Made by a program: the position numbers and the translations under genes. A stretch of 43,980 nucleotides of DNA from positions 1 to 43,980 of the IMG/VR virus record IMGVR_UViG_3300045988_137699; one strand, written 5' to 3'. The notes beneath the pieces were generated by a model. It was not told the origin of the DNA, searched no databases, and was given only the letters and a program-made list of their open reading frames with translations. Within the stretch, counting starts at the first letter, position 1; every line of letters starts with the position of its first letter. The stretch is from a virus. Shown piece by piece: positions 8,187 to 17,789 of this stretch.

Positions 8187-9141
8187 CCCCTTTAAGTGTT
8201 AAATCCATAAAATGTTCACTTTCACTAAATTTATGTGTACATTTTTCAACTAGCATTAATTTTAATAAACTAACATCGCCCAAATTTAATTTTACTGGTA
8301 TCATGCATCCTGCTCTTACTCTTACATCACCAATCATATTTTTTATTGAAAGATTTCTTTGTTTTTTATTATATAATTCAAGTAATGCATTTGCTTTCGC
8401 TTGTCCATTTTCCCCTTCTTGTAAAGTATCAAAATATTGTAAAACACCCCATTCATTTATTTTTGATGAGTCTTTTGCCATATATACATCTCTTTTTCCT
8501 GTTTTGTCATTCTCTCTTGTAAGTTTAATTTGGTTATATGTTTCTTCATCAATTGTTGATTTATAATCATAATTTTCTGCTGTTTCTTCATCAATTAAAC
8601 AATCTAACACCATTGATGCAATGTTTCTTAATGCTACCTTTCCAAAATCATCATATAATACATATAATTCTTTTCTATTTTGAACTGTTAAATCTATTGC
8701 ATTTTGAATCATATCAAATAATGTTGTGTTTTCTTCAACTCTTGATTGAATTTTGAATCCAGTATTTTCAATTGTTCCTGTTTGCATATTAAAATCATTT
8801 GCTAACATTTTTACAAGTTCCCCTGCTGTTTTGTTTTCATAGACATATGTGTCTTTATTTTTAAAATATCTTAATTGGTCATATGCTGTAATTGAAATAA
8901 TCTTTTCTTTATCTCTTTTTTTAGAAAAAATGAACCCAAAAAATATGTTTTTTCCATCTTTTCTTAATCTTACTGCATTACCTTCTGTAATATTTTTTAT
9001 TGTATCATCCATTACAATGTCAAATTGTAATTCACCTGGATAACTTTTTCTTTCAGTTTTCCAGGTAATTTCACCAGTCACAACAGGTTGATACACATTA
9101 TTTCCATTTTGAATTAATAATTCATAAGCCATAACATGCAC
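8170..9141 (-). CDS. Baseplate hub protein (XkdQ-like)
   Basis: 323 aa. It follows the LysM protein, as in PBSX-like tails. Confidence 0.55.
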   Translation of the reverse strand: MHVMAYELLIQNGNNVYQPVVTGEITWKTERKSYPGELQFDIVMDDTIKNITEGNAVRLRKDGKNIFFGFIFSKKRDKEKIISITAYDQLRYFKNKDTYVYENKTAGELVKMLANDFNMQTGTIENTGFKIQSRVEENTTLFDMIQNAIDLTVQNRKELYVLYDDFGKVALRNIASMVLDCLIDEETAENYDYKSTIDEETYNQIKLTRENDKTGKRDVYMAKDSSKINEWGVLQYFDTLQEGENGQAKANALLELYNKKQRNLSIKNMIGDVRVRAGCMIPVKLNLGDVSLLKLMLVEKCTHKFSESEHFMDLTLKGGEFVA

Positions 9142-9149
9142 CCCCCTTA

Positions 9150-9830
9150 TTATGCTGGTATTGTCAATACTTGACCTGGATATATTAAATTTGGTCTTTT
9201 TATCTTATTACGATTTGCATTATATATCTTTGTATATTGACTTCCATTTCCATAAAATTTTTTTGCTATGTTCCATAAACAGTCACCCCTAACAACCGTA
9301 TAAGTTTTATTTTGATTTGTAGGTGCTGGTGATGATACTGTTTGTCTTGTAGGTGCTGGTGTTTTTGCCACTGGTTTTTGAGTTTTTGGAAATTCTATTT
9401 TACAAATTTTAGTTCCAAAATCCTTATATTGTTTCAAACTAAAACTAACAACAATATCCATTCCTTCTTTTTGGTCTTCTTTAATAGTGTAATTTTCAAG
9501 AGATACTTTAATATTGGTATTAAATAATCCTTTTCCATTTGGATATGTTCGTGAAACAATAAATTGAAAAGGTTTTTGATTTGTCTTCAATTTTTCTATT
9601 GCTTCAAGAAATGTTTGAGCATTTTGAAATCCATTTTTATAAGTAGCAAAAGGATACTTAACATTTGGAATCATAGCATCAAATTCAATTTCTGTTAATC
9701 CTGCTTTTTTTAAAATGTTAATTTCACCTTCATTTATTTCAACATAAGTTTTATTTTTGTTTTTTATTTTTATTGACATTTTTGAAGGTGTAACAGGTAA
9801 TAATATTTTATCTAAATAAAAATAATACAT
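9150..9830 (-). CDS. LysM-domain tail protein (XkdP-like)
   Basis: C-terminal LysM motif YTVVRGDCLWNIAKKFYGNGSQYTKIYNANRNKIKRPNLIYPGQVLTIP. It lies immediately after the tape measure gene. Confidence 0.75.
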   Translation of the reverse strand: MYYFYLDKILLPVTPSKMSIKIKNKNKTYVEINEGEINILKKAGLTEIEFDAMIPNVKYPFATYKNGFQNAQTFLEAIEKLKTNQKPFQFIVSRTYPNGKGLFNTNIKVSLENYTIKEDQKEGMDIVVSFSLKQYKDFGTKICKIEFPKTQKPVAKTPAPTRQTVSSPAPTNQNKTYTVVRGDCLWNIAKKFYGNGSQYTKIYNANRNKIKRPNLIYPGQVLTIPA

Positions 9831-12124
9831 TATTCATGCACCCCTTCCGCTGCTTTTTCCATGGCTTCATTTACACCACTAGCCAAATAATCTACAACAC
9901 CATCAATGTCCATTTCTGAATTTATATTATTGTTATTATTCATTTCAACTTTTATTTCTGCTGTTGTAAATCTGTTAATTGTTTCTTGTTCTGCTAAATC
10001 TCTTAAATATTTCAAATCTTCTTCTGTTGCACTTAATTTGTCGTTGATTTTTCCAGTATTTGATGCTGTATTTGCTACATCCATTGGTACTGTGTCCATA
10101 TCTAAATTTGCAAATGTGCTATCCATTGTATTTTTTAAATCACTGCCTAAATTTCCAATTGAACTTTCAATGTTTGCACCAAAATTATAACCTGTATTAT
10201 ACGCATCGCCATATTCCCATCTTTTTAAACCTAGACTTTCAGAACTTAAATTTAATTCTTCTGCGACTTTTTCATATGAACCATTTCCATATTGATTTGC
10301 AACTTTTTCAACCATTCCACTTAATCCACTTCGCCATCCTGATACTGCACCTGCAAGATTTGAACCAAAAACTTTATCAAGTGCTTTTGCAATTGTTTCA
10401 ATTACACCAAGGATACTGTCTGCAAAATCACCAAATAAGTGAACAATCGCTCCAATTGGGTCATTGAATAAATTTGCAAAGAAATTTGCAAAAGAAATCC
10501 ATGGATTAACCATTGCATTTATTACCCCAAGTACTAAATCTAATAAACTTAAAAATAAATTCCATATCAATGCTACTGCTGCTGTAATCGCCCCACAAAT
10601 CACACCTGTTGCACTTATTGATGAACCTGTGATTTTATTTATTGCTGCAACAACTAAATATATTGCTGCAATAATAGCAATTATAATTAAAAGAACCCAT
10701 GTAATTGGACTTGCTAATAATGCTGTATTAAATCCAGTTTGTGCAACTGTTGCTTGTGCTGTTGCAACTGCCAAAGCATATTCAGAACTTGTGGCAAGTA
10801 AATTTGCACTTACATTTGCTAATAATGCTTTTGCTTGTGCATAAGTTGCAATACTATGTAACCATTCTGCTGCGGTACTAATTCCAACACAAACTGCATG
10901 AATTCCAAGTGCTGCATTATATAATCCAAATGCAACTGCTATTCCTGTTACTATTGGTGCTATAATTGACCAATTTGAACCTATAAATTCAGCTGTTTGT
11001 TGAATTAGGTGTAATGCTGGTGATAAAAATGTAATTATATTACCTGCTGTATTTCCAACTTTTTTAAGCATTTTTTCAATATTTGTTCCTAAATTTTGAA
11101 TTGAAGTTTGAATTGTTCCAAAACCTGCTTTTGTCATTCCAGTGTTAATTCCTTCAATCATTGAAACAATTCCCCTTGTAACTGCTGATTTCATGTTTGC
11201 AATAGATGTTGCAAAACCACCAGTAGCATTTCTTGCTTGTTGTTCAAAACTTTGGAATCCATTTGCACCTTCTTCATTAAGTCTGATGAAAGTATCCATA
11301 AAATCTGTCATACTAACTTTACCTGCTCTTAAATCTTCACCAAGTTTATTTGCACTTACATATCCCATTGCTTGTGCTACTTGTTTTAATTGAGCTGGCA
11401 TTGCTGTCATTGCTGTTCGCCATTCCATCATGTCAGGTTTTCCTTTTGCATATGATTGTGATAATTGTTCCAAAGCTGATTGTTGCACTTGTGTACTTCC
11501 ACCACCAGCAAGAATTGCATTATTTAATGCTAAAAACATTTTTGTACTTTTTCCAACACTTCCATTTACACTTGTAAAGTTTTGAACTGAACTAACTGCA
11601 TCATTTAATGTAGTTGGTAGTCCTTTTAAATTTTCACTTAACATATGTATTGATGCATTTGCTTGTTCTGAACTTATTCCAAGATTGGACATTACTTTTG
11701 GATAATTATTCATCGTGTCCAATCTATCTATGGCACTACCAAATTGGCTAGTTACAAGACTTAATAATTTTTGAACAACACTAAATCCCATTAAACTATT
11801 AAAGAAGGATGATGATGCTTTTGTTCCTTCATTCAATGAATTATTGAAATATTGTTGTTGATTTGCTGCATCTTCTAAATTATTTTTATAATTATTAGAA
11901 CCTTTACTTGCATTATTCATATTTTCTGTCATCGCATCAATAGATGCATTTGCTTCATCTATTGAAATTCTGGCAGCATTTATTTTTGAATCATCAAAAG
12001 TTTGTCCTAGTGATGATTTAAATTCTTCAAATACACCTAGTGTTGAATCCAAAGCGGAAGTAATTGAATGTAATGGATATGACATTCTATCAGTCAATTC
12101 TATTGCTGTACTAATACCTGCCAT
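9830..12124 (-). CDS. Tail tape measure protein
   Basis: 764 aa with a central block of multiple TM/hydrophobic helices and Ala/Gly-rich helical regions. It follows the chaperone pair. Confidence 0.85.
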   Translation of the reverse strand: MAGISTAIELTDRMSYPLHSITSALDSTLGVFEEFKSSLGQTFDDSKINAARISIDEANASIDAMTENMNNASKGSNNYKNNLEDAANQQQYFNNSLNEGTKASSSFFNSLMGFSVVQKLLSLVTSQFGSAIDRLDTMNNYPKVMSNLGISSEQANASIHMLSENLKGLPTTLNDAVSSVQNFTSVNGSVGKSTKMFLALNNAILAGGGSTQVQQSALEQLSQSYAKGKPDMMEWRTAMTAMPAQLKQVAQAMGYVSANKLGEDLRAGKVSMTDFMDTFIRLNEEGANGFQSFEQQARNATGGFATSIANMKSAVTRGIVSMIEGINTGMTKAGFGTIQTSIQNLGTNIEKMLKKVGNTAGNIITFLSPALHLIQQTAEFIGSNWSIIAPIVTGIAVAFGLYNAALGIHAVCVGISTAAEWLHSIATYAQAKALLANVSANLLATSSEYALAVATAQATVAQTGFNTALLASPITWVLLIIIAIIAAIYLVVAAINKITGSSISATGVICGAITAAVALIWNLFLSLLDLVLGVINAMVNPWISFANFFANLFNDPIGAIVHLFGDFADSILGVIETIAKALDKVFGSNLAGAVSGWRSGLSGMVEKVANQYGNGSYEKVAEELNLSSESLGLKRWEYGDAYNTGYNFGANIESSIGNLGSDLKNTMDSTFANLDMDTVPMDVANTASNTGKINDKLSATEEDLKYLRDLAEQETINRFTTAEIKVEMNNNNNINSEMDIDGVVDYLASGVNEAMEKAAEGVHE

Positions 12125-12147
12125 TTCTTTTCACTTCCTTTCGTTTG

Positions 12148-12339
12148 TTATTTCTTTTTGCTTTTATTTTTTATTTTTGCAGATTCTTTCTTTTCTTTTT
12201 CAGATTTTATTTGAATTGCTGCAATAACAAATGCTTTTTCATTAATATCTAAATCATTAAATTTTGAAGGTAACCAATGAAATTTATGAAGACAATAATA
12301 AGCATAAGATGCTTCATTGTCTTCATTTATTAGTTTTTT
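12148..12339 (-). CDS. -1 frameshift extension of the tail assembly chaperone (G/GT-type long product)
   Basis: Hand translation of the -1 frame from the heptamer gives ...LINEDNEASYAYYCLHKFHWLPSKFNDLDINEKAFVIAAIQIKSEKEKKESAKIKNKSKKK*. This fills the otherwise empty gap up to the tape measure gene. Confidence 0.65.
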   Translation of the reverse strand, partial: KKLINEDNEASYAYYCLHKFHWLPSKFNDLDINEKAFVIAAIQIKSEKEKKESAKIKNKSKKK

Positions 12340-12761
12340 GCTTCTTCAACCTTTTCATTTATCCCTTCATTGAAACCGTTTAATTCATTTAAATATTTAC
12401 CAAAATTGTTATATTCACCTGGGTCATCAACCATTTCTGTAATTAATTCTTCTGGTGTCATTACTCCATATGAATCTTGTAAATCTTTATCATTAAGATT
12501 TGGGAAAACAACTGATGCGACCATCATTTTTTGTAATAATTTTGTTGAATTTATTTTATTTCTAAAAACATTTGGCTTACCTGGCACTTGTTCTTGAAAT
12601 GTACATTCATCTGTTAATCTATTTGTTTCTTTGGATGTTAATGGTCTAATTTCCCAAAGTAATGGTTGTCCTTTCTCATCTGTTAATGATTTTGTTACTG
12701 CATATTGCACATTTTCCTTTAATTTTTTATTTTTCTTTAAAAATCTACTTAAATCTGACAT
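12330..12761 (-). CDS. Tail assembly chaperone (XkdN-like), frame-0 product
   Basis: 143 aa lying between the tube and tape measure genes. It ends in the slippery sequence A AAA AAC TAA. Confidence 0.75.
   Translation of the reverse strand: MSDLSRFLKKNKKLKENVQYAVTKSLTDEKGQPLLWEIRPLTSKETNRLTDECTFQEQVPGKPNVFRNKINSTKLLQKMMVASVVFPNLNDKDLQDSYGVMTPEELITEMVDDPGEYNNFGKYLNELNGFNEGINEKVEEAKN
12333..12339 (-). other. Slippery heptanucleotide A_AAA_AAC for programmed -1 ribosomal frameshifting
   Basis: + strand gtttttt is aaaaaac on the coding strand, directly before the frame-0 stop codon. Confidence 0.6.
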
Positions 12762-12796
12762 TTAAATCAATTCCTTTCTTATGATATTAAAAAATC

Positions 12797-12840
12797 CCCA
12801 AGGCTTATTATATTAAAATAATATATTGATAAGCCTTGGG
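12797..12840 (-). terminator. Rho-independent terminator/attenuator after the tail tube gene
   Basis: 12-bp perfect stem (cccaaggcttat / ataagccttggg). On the minus strand it is followed by gattttttaa. Confidence 0.65.
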
Positions 12841-12859
12841 TAACACTCTAATTTATATT

Positions 12860-13336
12860 TTATAACATACCATCTAGTAATTTGAATGTTTCAGGCATTT
12901 TGAAATCTTCAAAAGTTCCATCACAATCTTCATCTAGGTATTCACCATCAGCATCAAATTTTGCTAATATTCCACCATCGATATTACAATCAATGAATAC
13001 AACAGTTTGTCTTCCAACACTTGATGTTGGGTCTTCGTTTGTTACTTGAATTTCAAAATAAGTATCTTCACCTGTATTTTTGAAATTTTCTAACATTTGT
13101 CTTAATACTGATTGGTTATAATGCATTGTTGCTGAAAATGTTCCTTTCCAGCCTGTTGATTTATTTCCTGTTCCTGTTTTACCAAGGATTGGTACTTCTG
13201 TTTTAGTTTTTTCAAATTGTGCTTCAAAGTTAATCATTTGCATAAAATTATAACGATTATTACCAATTGTGATAAAACATTCAGCTAATTTTGCTGACAA
13301 TGTATCTTTTGCTTTCATTACAACATTATTGTTCAT
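12860..13336 (-). CDS. Tail tube protein (XkdM-like)
   Basis: 158 aa, immediately downstream of the sheath gene. Confidence 0.75.
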   Translation of the reverse strand: MNNNVVMKAKDTLSAKLAECFITIGNNRYNFMQMINFEAQFEKTKTEVPILGKTGTGNKSTGWKGTFSATMHYNQSVLRQMLENFKNTGEDTYFEIQVTNEDPTSSVGRQTVVFIDCNIDGGILAKFDADGEYLDEDCDGTFEDFKMPETFKLLDGML

Positions 13337-13352
13337 TGCAAAATCCCCCTTT

Positions 13353-14660
13353 CTATGCTAATTTTACAGTCATATATAATTTTTCCATTGCATTAATTAT
13401 TGTAACAACATCACTTATTGCAACAGAAGTTTTTGTTTCTCCTGCATTTACTTCAACATCAGAATCTTTGAATTCTTCTATTGCTCCAATTTCTTGAAGA
13501 TTTTCATGGTGTTTTACTATATCTGCCCATAGACTTATTCTTCCACTTTCATTATTTGGAACATTTCCCAAATATTTTGTGTTGAATAATACTGCGACAT
13601 CGTTTGCAATTTGGTCTGCAACTCTGACAGTTTGGTTATTTTTAAATATTTCACCTTTTGTATCAGATGTTGTAACAAGTGAATTTACATCAGTTAATAT
13701 TCTTACTTCACCATTTACATTATGAAGAACTAATTTTCCGCCTTGAATTGCATCTTCTAATTGTGCTTGTGTATAATCTGTATTAACTTCAAATTCACCA
13801 TTATATACTTTATTTAAACATGTTTTATTGATTGCACAATTTGCTTCAATACCAGTCATAAAATATATAATTGCTGATTTATCAAATCCATCAACAACTG
13901 TAACTTCATTTATTACATTAATTACACCTTCATAATCAGCTTCTATATTGTGTAAAACTGCTTGGAATTTTGCACCAACTTCATCACGCATTCTTTTTGT
14001 AAATGCAACTATTAAATTTTTAATAGTATCATCAGTTGTTGCAACACCAATAACATTAAATGTATATGATTCTATTTTATCTAAATATTTTGAATAACTT
14101 GTTCCATTAACTTCTGAATTTGTTCCACCTGCCAATGGTGTACTTGCTGTAACTGCTAATGTTCCATTTGTTTTATAATCAACAAAATCATTAGAAATAA
14201 GTTCAGATGCTTTTTTTACTGTTTGTTCATCAACAATTGTTGTTCCCAAAATAGTTTTAACATCAAATTTTGAATTATCATCTACATTTTTTTGAATAGT
14301 AATTTTTAAATCATTACCCCTTGTTCCAGCATATTTTGCTGTTGCATATGTACAAGTAGCTTTTTCACCGCTTCCATTTAATCTATATGCATATAATTTT
14401 TGGGCATTTAAAAATAAATCCCTTAAACCTTTCATTTTTTCATGACTATAATCATAACCAAATAATTTTAATGCATTTTTTTGAAAATCTGCATTTGTTA
14501 TTTCTATTACTTGGTCACTTACACCCCAATCTAAAACCAAAGGCATTGTGACAATACCCCTATCAGATAAACTTGCATTTGCTTTATTTAATGATACAAA
14601 GTTTATATAAGAACCTGGAAGTATTTTGTTTTGTGCTGTAAATGTTCCACCACCTAACAT
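13353..14660 (-). CDS. Contractile tail sheath protein (XkdK-like)
   Basis: 435 aa. The N-terminus MLGGGTFTAQNKILPGSYINF is typical of sheath proteins. Confidence 0.85.
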   Translation of the reverse strand: MLGGGTFTAQNKILPGSYINFVSLNKANASLSDRGIVTMPLVLDWGVSDQVIEITNADFQKNALKLFGYDYSHEKMKGLRDLFLNAQKLYAYRLNGSGEKATCTYATAKYAGTRGNDLKITIQKNVDDNSKFDVKTILGTTIVDEQTVKKASELISNDFVDYKTNGTLAVTASTPLAGGTNSEVNGTSYSKYLDKIESYTFNVIGVATTDDTIKNLIVAFTKRMRDEVGAKFQAVLHNIEADYEGVINVINEVTVVDGFDKSAIIYFMTGIEANCAINKTCLNKVYNGEFEVNTDYTQAQLEDAIQGGKLVLHNVNGEVRILTDVNSLVTTSDTKGEIFKNNQTVRVADQIANDVAVLFNTKYLGNVPNNESGRISLWADIVKHHENLQEIGAIEEFKDSDVEVNAGETKTSVAISDVVTIINAMEKLYMTVKLA

Positions 14661-14661
14661 T

Positions 14662-14841
14662 TTAGTTCACCTTACCTTTCTTAAAATTTTCGATTCTTCT
14701 AACTGCTTCATCATTTGATATTTTTTCATCATCTTTGACTAAAACAGTTAAAATATCTCTTTCATTCATAAATTTTTTTGAAGTAATTAATTGTTCTTTG
14801 CAAAAAACAATTTCTTTATTTTCTTTTTTATCTTTTCCCAT
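14662..14841 (-). CDS. 59-aa hypothetical protein (MGKDKKENKEIVFCKEQLITSKKFMNERDILTVLVKDDEKISNDEAVRRIENFKKGKVN)
   Basis: Hand translation of the gap upstream of the sheath gene; the ORF is just below the ORF-track cutoff. Confidence 0.45.
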   Translation of the reverse strand: MGKDKKENKEIVFCKEQLITSKKFMNERDILTVLVKDDEKISNDEAVRRIENFKKGKVN

Positions 14842-14848
14842 AATAGAA

Positions 14849-15307
14849 TCATCCTTTCTTTACATCAGTATTGTAATCATAAGAATCCATTGGTGTTTTT
14901 TCTTCTAATTTTTCAACATACATATTATAATTGACAAAGAAATGTAAAACACCATCATCATATTCTGCATTCATTTCTGTTCCCATTACATTACTTTTAA
15001 TTTTATTATCATTAAAAGTTTCTTCAATTTCGATATATTCTAATGCTAAATATAATTTTTCGATTATTTGTTGACATTCTGTTCTTTTCTCTTTTGAAGA
15101 AGGAAAATAATGAATACAAAATGGATTAGTTCTATAATATTTATTTTGTCTAAATAAATTGTTTGTGGGTTTTAAACTTACTATTGAAAAACAAGGTTCA
15201 TTTAAACCTTGTTCAACACCATCTGTATATATTTCATAATTATTACCAAATTCTTTATTGATTGCTTTACTGATTCCATCAACAATTTTATTTATCATGT
15301 GAAGCAT
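14849..15307 (-). CDS. Tail-completion/neck protein (XkdI/J-position)
   Basis: 152 aa; assigned by synteny between the gp10-like gene and the sheath gene. Confidence 0.45.
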   Translation of the reverse strand: MLHMINKIVDGISKAINKEFGNNYEIYTDGVEQGLNEPCFSIVSLKPTNNLFRQNKYYRTNPFCIHYFPSSKEKRTECQQIIEKLYLALEYIEIEETFNDNKIKSNVMGTEMNAEYDDGVLHFFVNYNMYVEKLEEKTPMDSYDYNTDVKKG

Positions 15308-15762
15308 TCCCCCAATAACTTTTTTAATTTATTTTCAAGAACCTTTGGTGCAATGGTTTGAATTTCTTGTTCAGATATAGTCATCATAAACTTTCCTTCA
15401 ACCCATCCTTTATGATTCTTTGTTCTATGACCAAATTCAACATATGATGCATATTCAACTGGATTTGTTATTTCAATTTTATATGCATCACCAATATGTT
15501 GAATTTGTAAAGATTTTGCATAAGCTGTTGCATTTTGATTTTTTCCAGCTGTCCAACCCCTTCTTAATGTACCACCGACTTTACCTGAACCACTTGGATA
15601 TTGTCCAACTGGTGTTCTTTTAATTGCTTTTGCAAGTAATCGTGCTGCAAGTTCTTTGGCACATGCTTCCATGAATTCTTCAACTTTTTTCTGTTCAAGA
15701 TTATCAATTTTTGATTTTAAATCTTTTAATTTATCAAAATTGCAACTGCCATAACTTCCCAA
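15295..15762 (-). CDS. HK97 gp10-like head-tail joining protein
   Basis: 155 aa. The pattern NPVEYASYVEFGHRT resembles the gp10-family EFG motif. Confidence 0.6.
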   Translation of the reverse strand: MGSYGSCNFDKLKDLKSKIDNLEQKKVEEFMEACAKELAARLLAKAIKRTPVGQYPSGSGKVGGTLRRGWTAGKNQNATAYAKSLQIQHIGDAYKIEITNPVEYASYVEFGHRTKNHKGWVEGKFMMTISEQEIQTIAPKVLENKLKKLLGECFT

Positions 15763-16140
15763 TTATGCATACCTTTCAACTAATTCAAGTACAATTTCTT
15801 GATGTGTTTGATACTTTGCAGGTTCGCCACTGCTTTTATATACAGTTACTTCGCCAAAAGCATTAGTCACTTCAATTTTTGAACCTGGTGTAATTGTTAT
15901 ATCAGGTGCAATAAATAATTTGGTAATTTGCATGACATTTGATTTAATATCATCTTCACTATTATTTGAAATAGTTTCAAATGAAAGTTTACATTTTTTA
16001 TTTTCTAAAATTTTGGATTCTTTAAATCCTGTTGATTTATTTTCTTTTATATATTTTGTTTTTTGAAAGACATTACAAGTACAATCATATGTCATTTCAA
16101 TGGCTTTTTTTACTGCTACCACTTGATTTGGCGATAACAT
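15763..16140 (-). CDS. Head closure / head-tail adaptor protein
   Basis: 125 aa; assigned by synteny. Confidence 0.45.
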   Translation of the reverse strand: MLSPNQVVAVKKAIEMTYDCTCNVFQKTKYIKENKSTGFKESKILENKKCKLSFETISNNSEDDIKSNVMQITKLFIAPDITITPGSKIEVTNAFGEVTVYKSSGEPAKYQTHQEIVLELVERYA

Positions 16141-16583
16141 ATAAAATCACTTTCACCATAATTTAATAAATATGAAATTAGTGTGTTCAATTTTGTTTCC
16201 AAAGTTTCTGAACCTTCACCAACTGCAAATGTCACATTTGTGTCACCTGTTTGTACTTGTTTTATTGCCATTTCTAAATCAAAACCATTTTCAGCATTTA
16301 GTTGTCCTGTTTGTTTTTTAGAAAATAAAAATTCACCACAAATTCTATCAATTTCAACTTCTTTTAATTCATTAGGAATTTCAGAAATATTACATGAATT
16401 CTTTATATGATTTTCAACCTTCTGCATACAAAAAGTTATTATCCAGGAATCATTTTCATTTGGTGTATATCCAAATGAAATAAGTCTTTTAAGAATTTCT
16501 TCAATAAATTCTTCATCAACTTCTTCTTTGTTGATTATTACGATGATGTTTTTAATTATAGGTTTTAATTTTTCATCATCCAT
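16116..16583 (-). CDS. Head-tail connector protein (gp6-like position)
   Basis: 155 aa, immediately downstream of the major capsid gene. Confidence 0.45.
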   Translation of the reverse strand: MDDEKLKPIIKNIIVIINKEEVDEEFIEEILKRLISFGYTPNENDSWIITFCMQKVENHIKNSCNISEIPNELKEVEIDRICGEFLFSKKQTGQLNAENGFDLEMAIKQVQTGDTNVTFAVGEGSETLETKLNTLISYLLNYGESDFICYRQIKW

Positions 16584-16609
16584 ATAATTTCACCATCTTT
16601 CTTGTTAGA

Positions 16610-17719
16610 TTATCCCTTTGATATGATTCTTGCTATTGGAATAGCTTTGTGATTTATATATGTTCTGTTTGCTGCAACAGATTCTCCACTGTGAACTAAT
16701 TCCCAGTTTGCACCGTTTTTTAATTCTGCATCTGTTGGAGAATTTGAAGCCATATTTGCTTTTGTGAAAGAAATTCCAAATGGTGCGAATACTTTTCTTT
16801 GTCTTACATATAAAGTATCTTCACCACCATTTTTAGCTGGGTTTCTATCCATTTCATATGGTTTTTTTGCACCAATATTTTCATAATCAATAGCACCATC
16901 ACCTAAAACATATGATGTGTATTTTGTATATGCTTCTTGCGCTGCAACATAATTTGCTTGTCCTTCTGTTCCACTTTCTTTTACTGCTGCAACATTTTCA
17001 ACAGGCATTTCATCATCAATTATAACTATTTTTCCATTCCATGCTGCTAAATCTAATGGTCTTTCTATTCCATCAGCATCTGTATATGTTAAATGTTTTA
17101 CTAATTTTAAATTTTCAAGGTTTGTAGCAACATCACTGTGCATAAATACCATTGAAAATTTCTTTTTATTAGCACCACATGCTTGATTCATGGCTGTATT
17201 TAATGTTGTTTGACCAACTTTTGCTTCATCACCATCTTTACCTGTTATATCATATGTGTGCTTATCAACGAATTCTTTATTTTTTGTTCCTGTCATTGAA
17301 TAAATACCAGCTAATATTGCAAGTATTGTGTTTTGGTCTAAATTATCTAAATATTCAGCAACTTGGTCTTGAACATTATCCATGAAATCTTCATCTGATA
17401 CATCATCAGAAAAGTCTTTTTCTGTCCATGCTTTTGCACGACCAACAACTACTATACCACGATTAAATGTTTTTGTACTTGTTGCTGTAATATCTGTTTG
17501 ACCATCATAGTTTACTGCATCCCCATCTAATAAACCTTTCATTGCTATTTCAGCATAAACAGTTCCATTTTGTGATGTGAATACATCTCTAATATCTTTA
17601 CTTCCTTTTAATGCTTTTGATTTTTTTAATTCATTTGTTTTTAAGTTTGGTATTCTTGGATGCTCAACACCATACTTAAATGCTTTTTCGTTAAAACTCT
17701 TTGAATCGAATTTTCCCAT
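16610..17719 (-). CDS. Major capsid protein
   Basis: About 369 aa, following the scaffold gene. The ATG at 17719 has the RBS AAGGTGA 5 nt upstream; the ORF-track start at 17728 is a GTG. Confidence 0.8.
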   Translation of the reverse strand: MGKFDSKSFNEKAFKYGVEHPRIPNLKTNELKKSKALKGSKDIRDVFTSQNGTVYAEIAMKGLLDGDAVNYDGQTDITATSTKTFNRGIVVVGRAKAWTEKDFSDDVSDEDFMDNVQDQVAEYLDNLDQNTILAILAGIYSMTGTKNKEFVDKHTYDITGKDGDEAKVGQTTLNTAMNQACGANKKKFSMVFMHSDVATNLENLKLVKHLTYTDADGIERPLDLAAWNGKIVIIDDEMPVENVAAVKESGTEGQANYVAAQEAYTKYTSYVLGDGAIDYENIGAKKPYEMDRNPAKNGGEDTLYVRQRKVFAPFGISFTKANMASNSPTDAELKNGANWELVHSGESVAANRTYINHKAIPIARIISKG

Positions 17720-17743
17720 TTTAATCACCTTTTCCTTTCTTTT

Positions 17744-17761
17744 TGTATCTTTAAAGATACA
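17744..17761. promoter_or_regulatory. Perfect 18-bp palindrome TGTATCTTTAAAGATACA (copy a of a 4-member family) upstream of the capsid gene
   Basis: Read directly. It has the same arms as the sites at 40930, 41162 and 41622. Confidence 0.8.
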
Positions 17762-17789
17762 TTAAATTTAAAAAAATTTTAGACTTCAA
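17761..17789 (-). promoter_or_regulatory. Candidate sigma-70-type promoter for the capsid gene: TTGAAG-17 nt-TTTAAT
   Basis: On the minus strand the -35 is at 17784..17789 and the -10 at 17761..17766. The palindrome begins at the last base of the -10. Confidence 0.4.

Noticed and set aside
8147-11577. Plus-strand ORFs of 60-140 aa antisense to the baseplate and tape measure genes (8147..8566, 8538..8756, 9906..10190, 10060..10467, 10464..10844, 11142..11393 and others)
   Set aside because: They are antisense to long, syntenic minus-strand genes. Their low-complexity L/F/I/S/H-rich translations are typical of reverse frames in AT-rich DNA. The same reasoning applies to 28055..28543, 29452..29940, 36389..36842, 23818..24219 and the other short plus-strand ORFs inside the minus-strand block.
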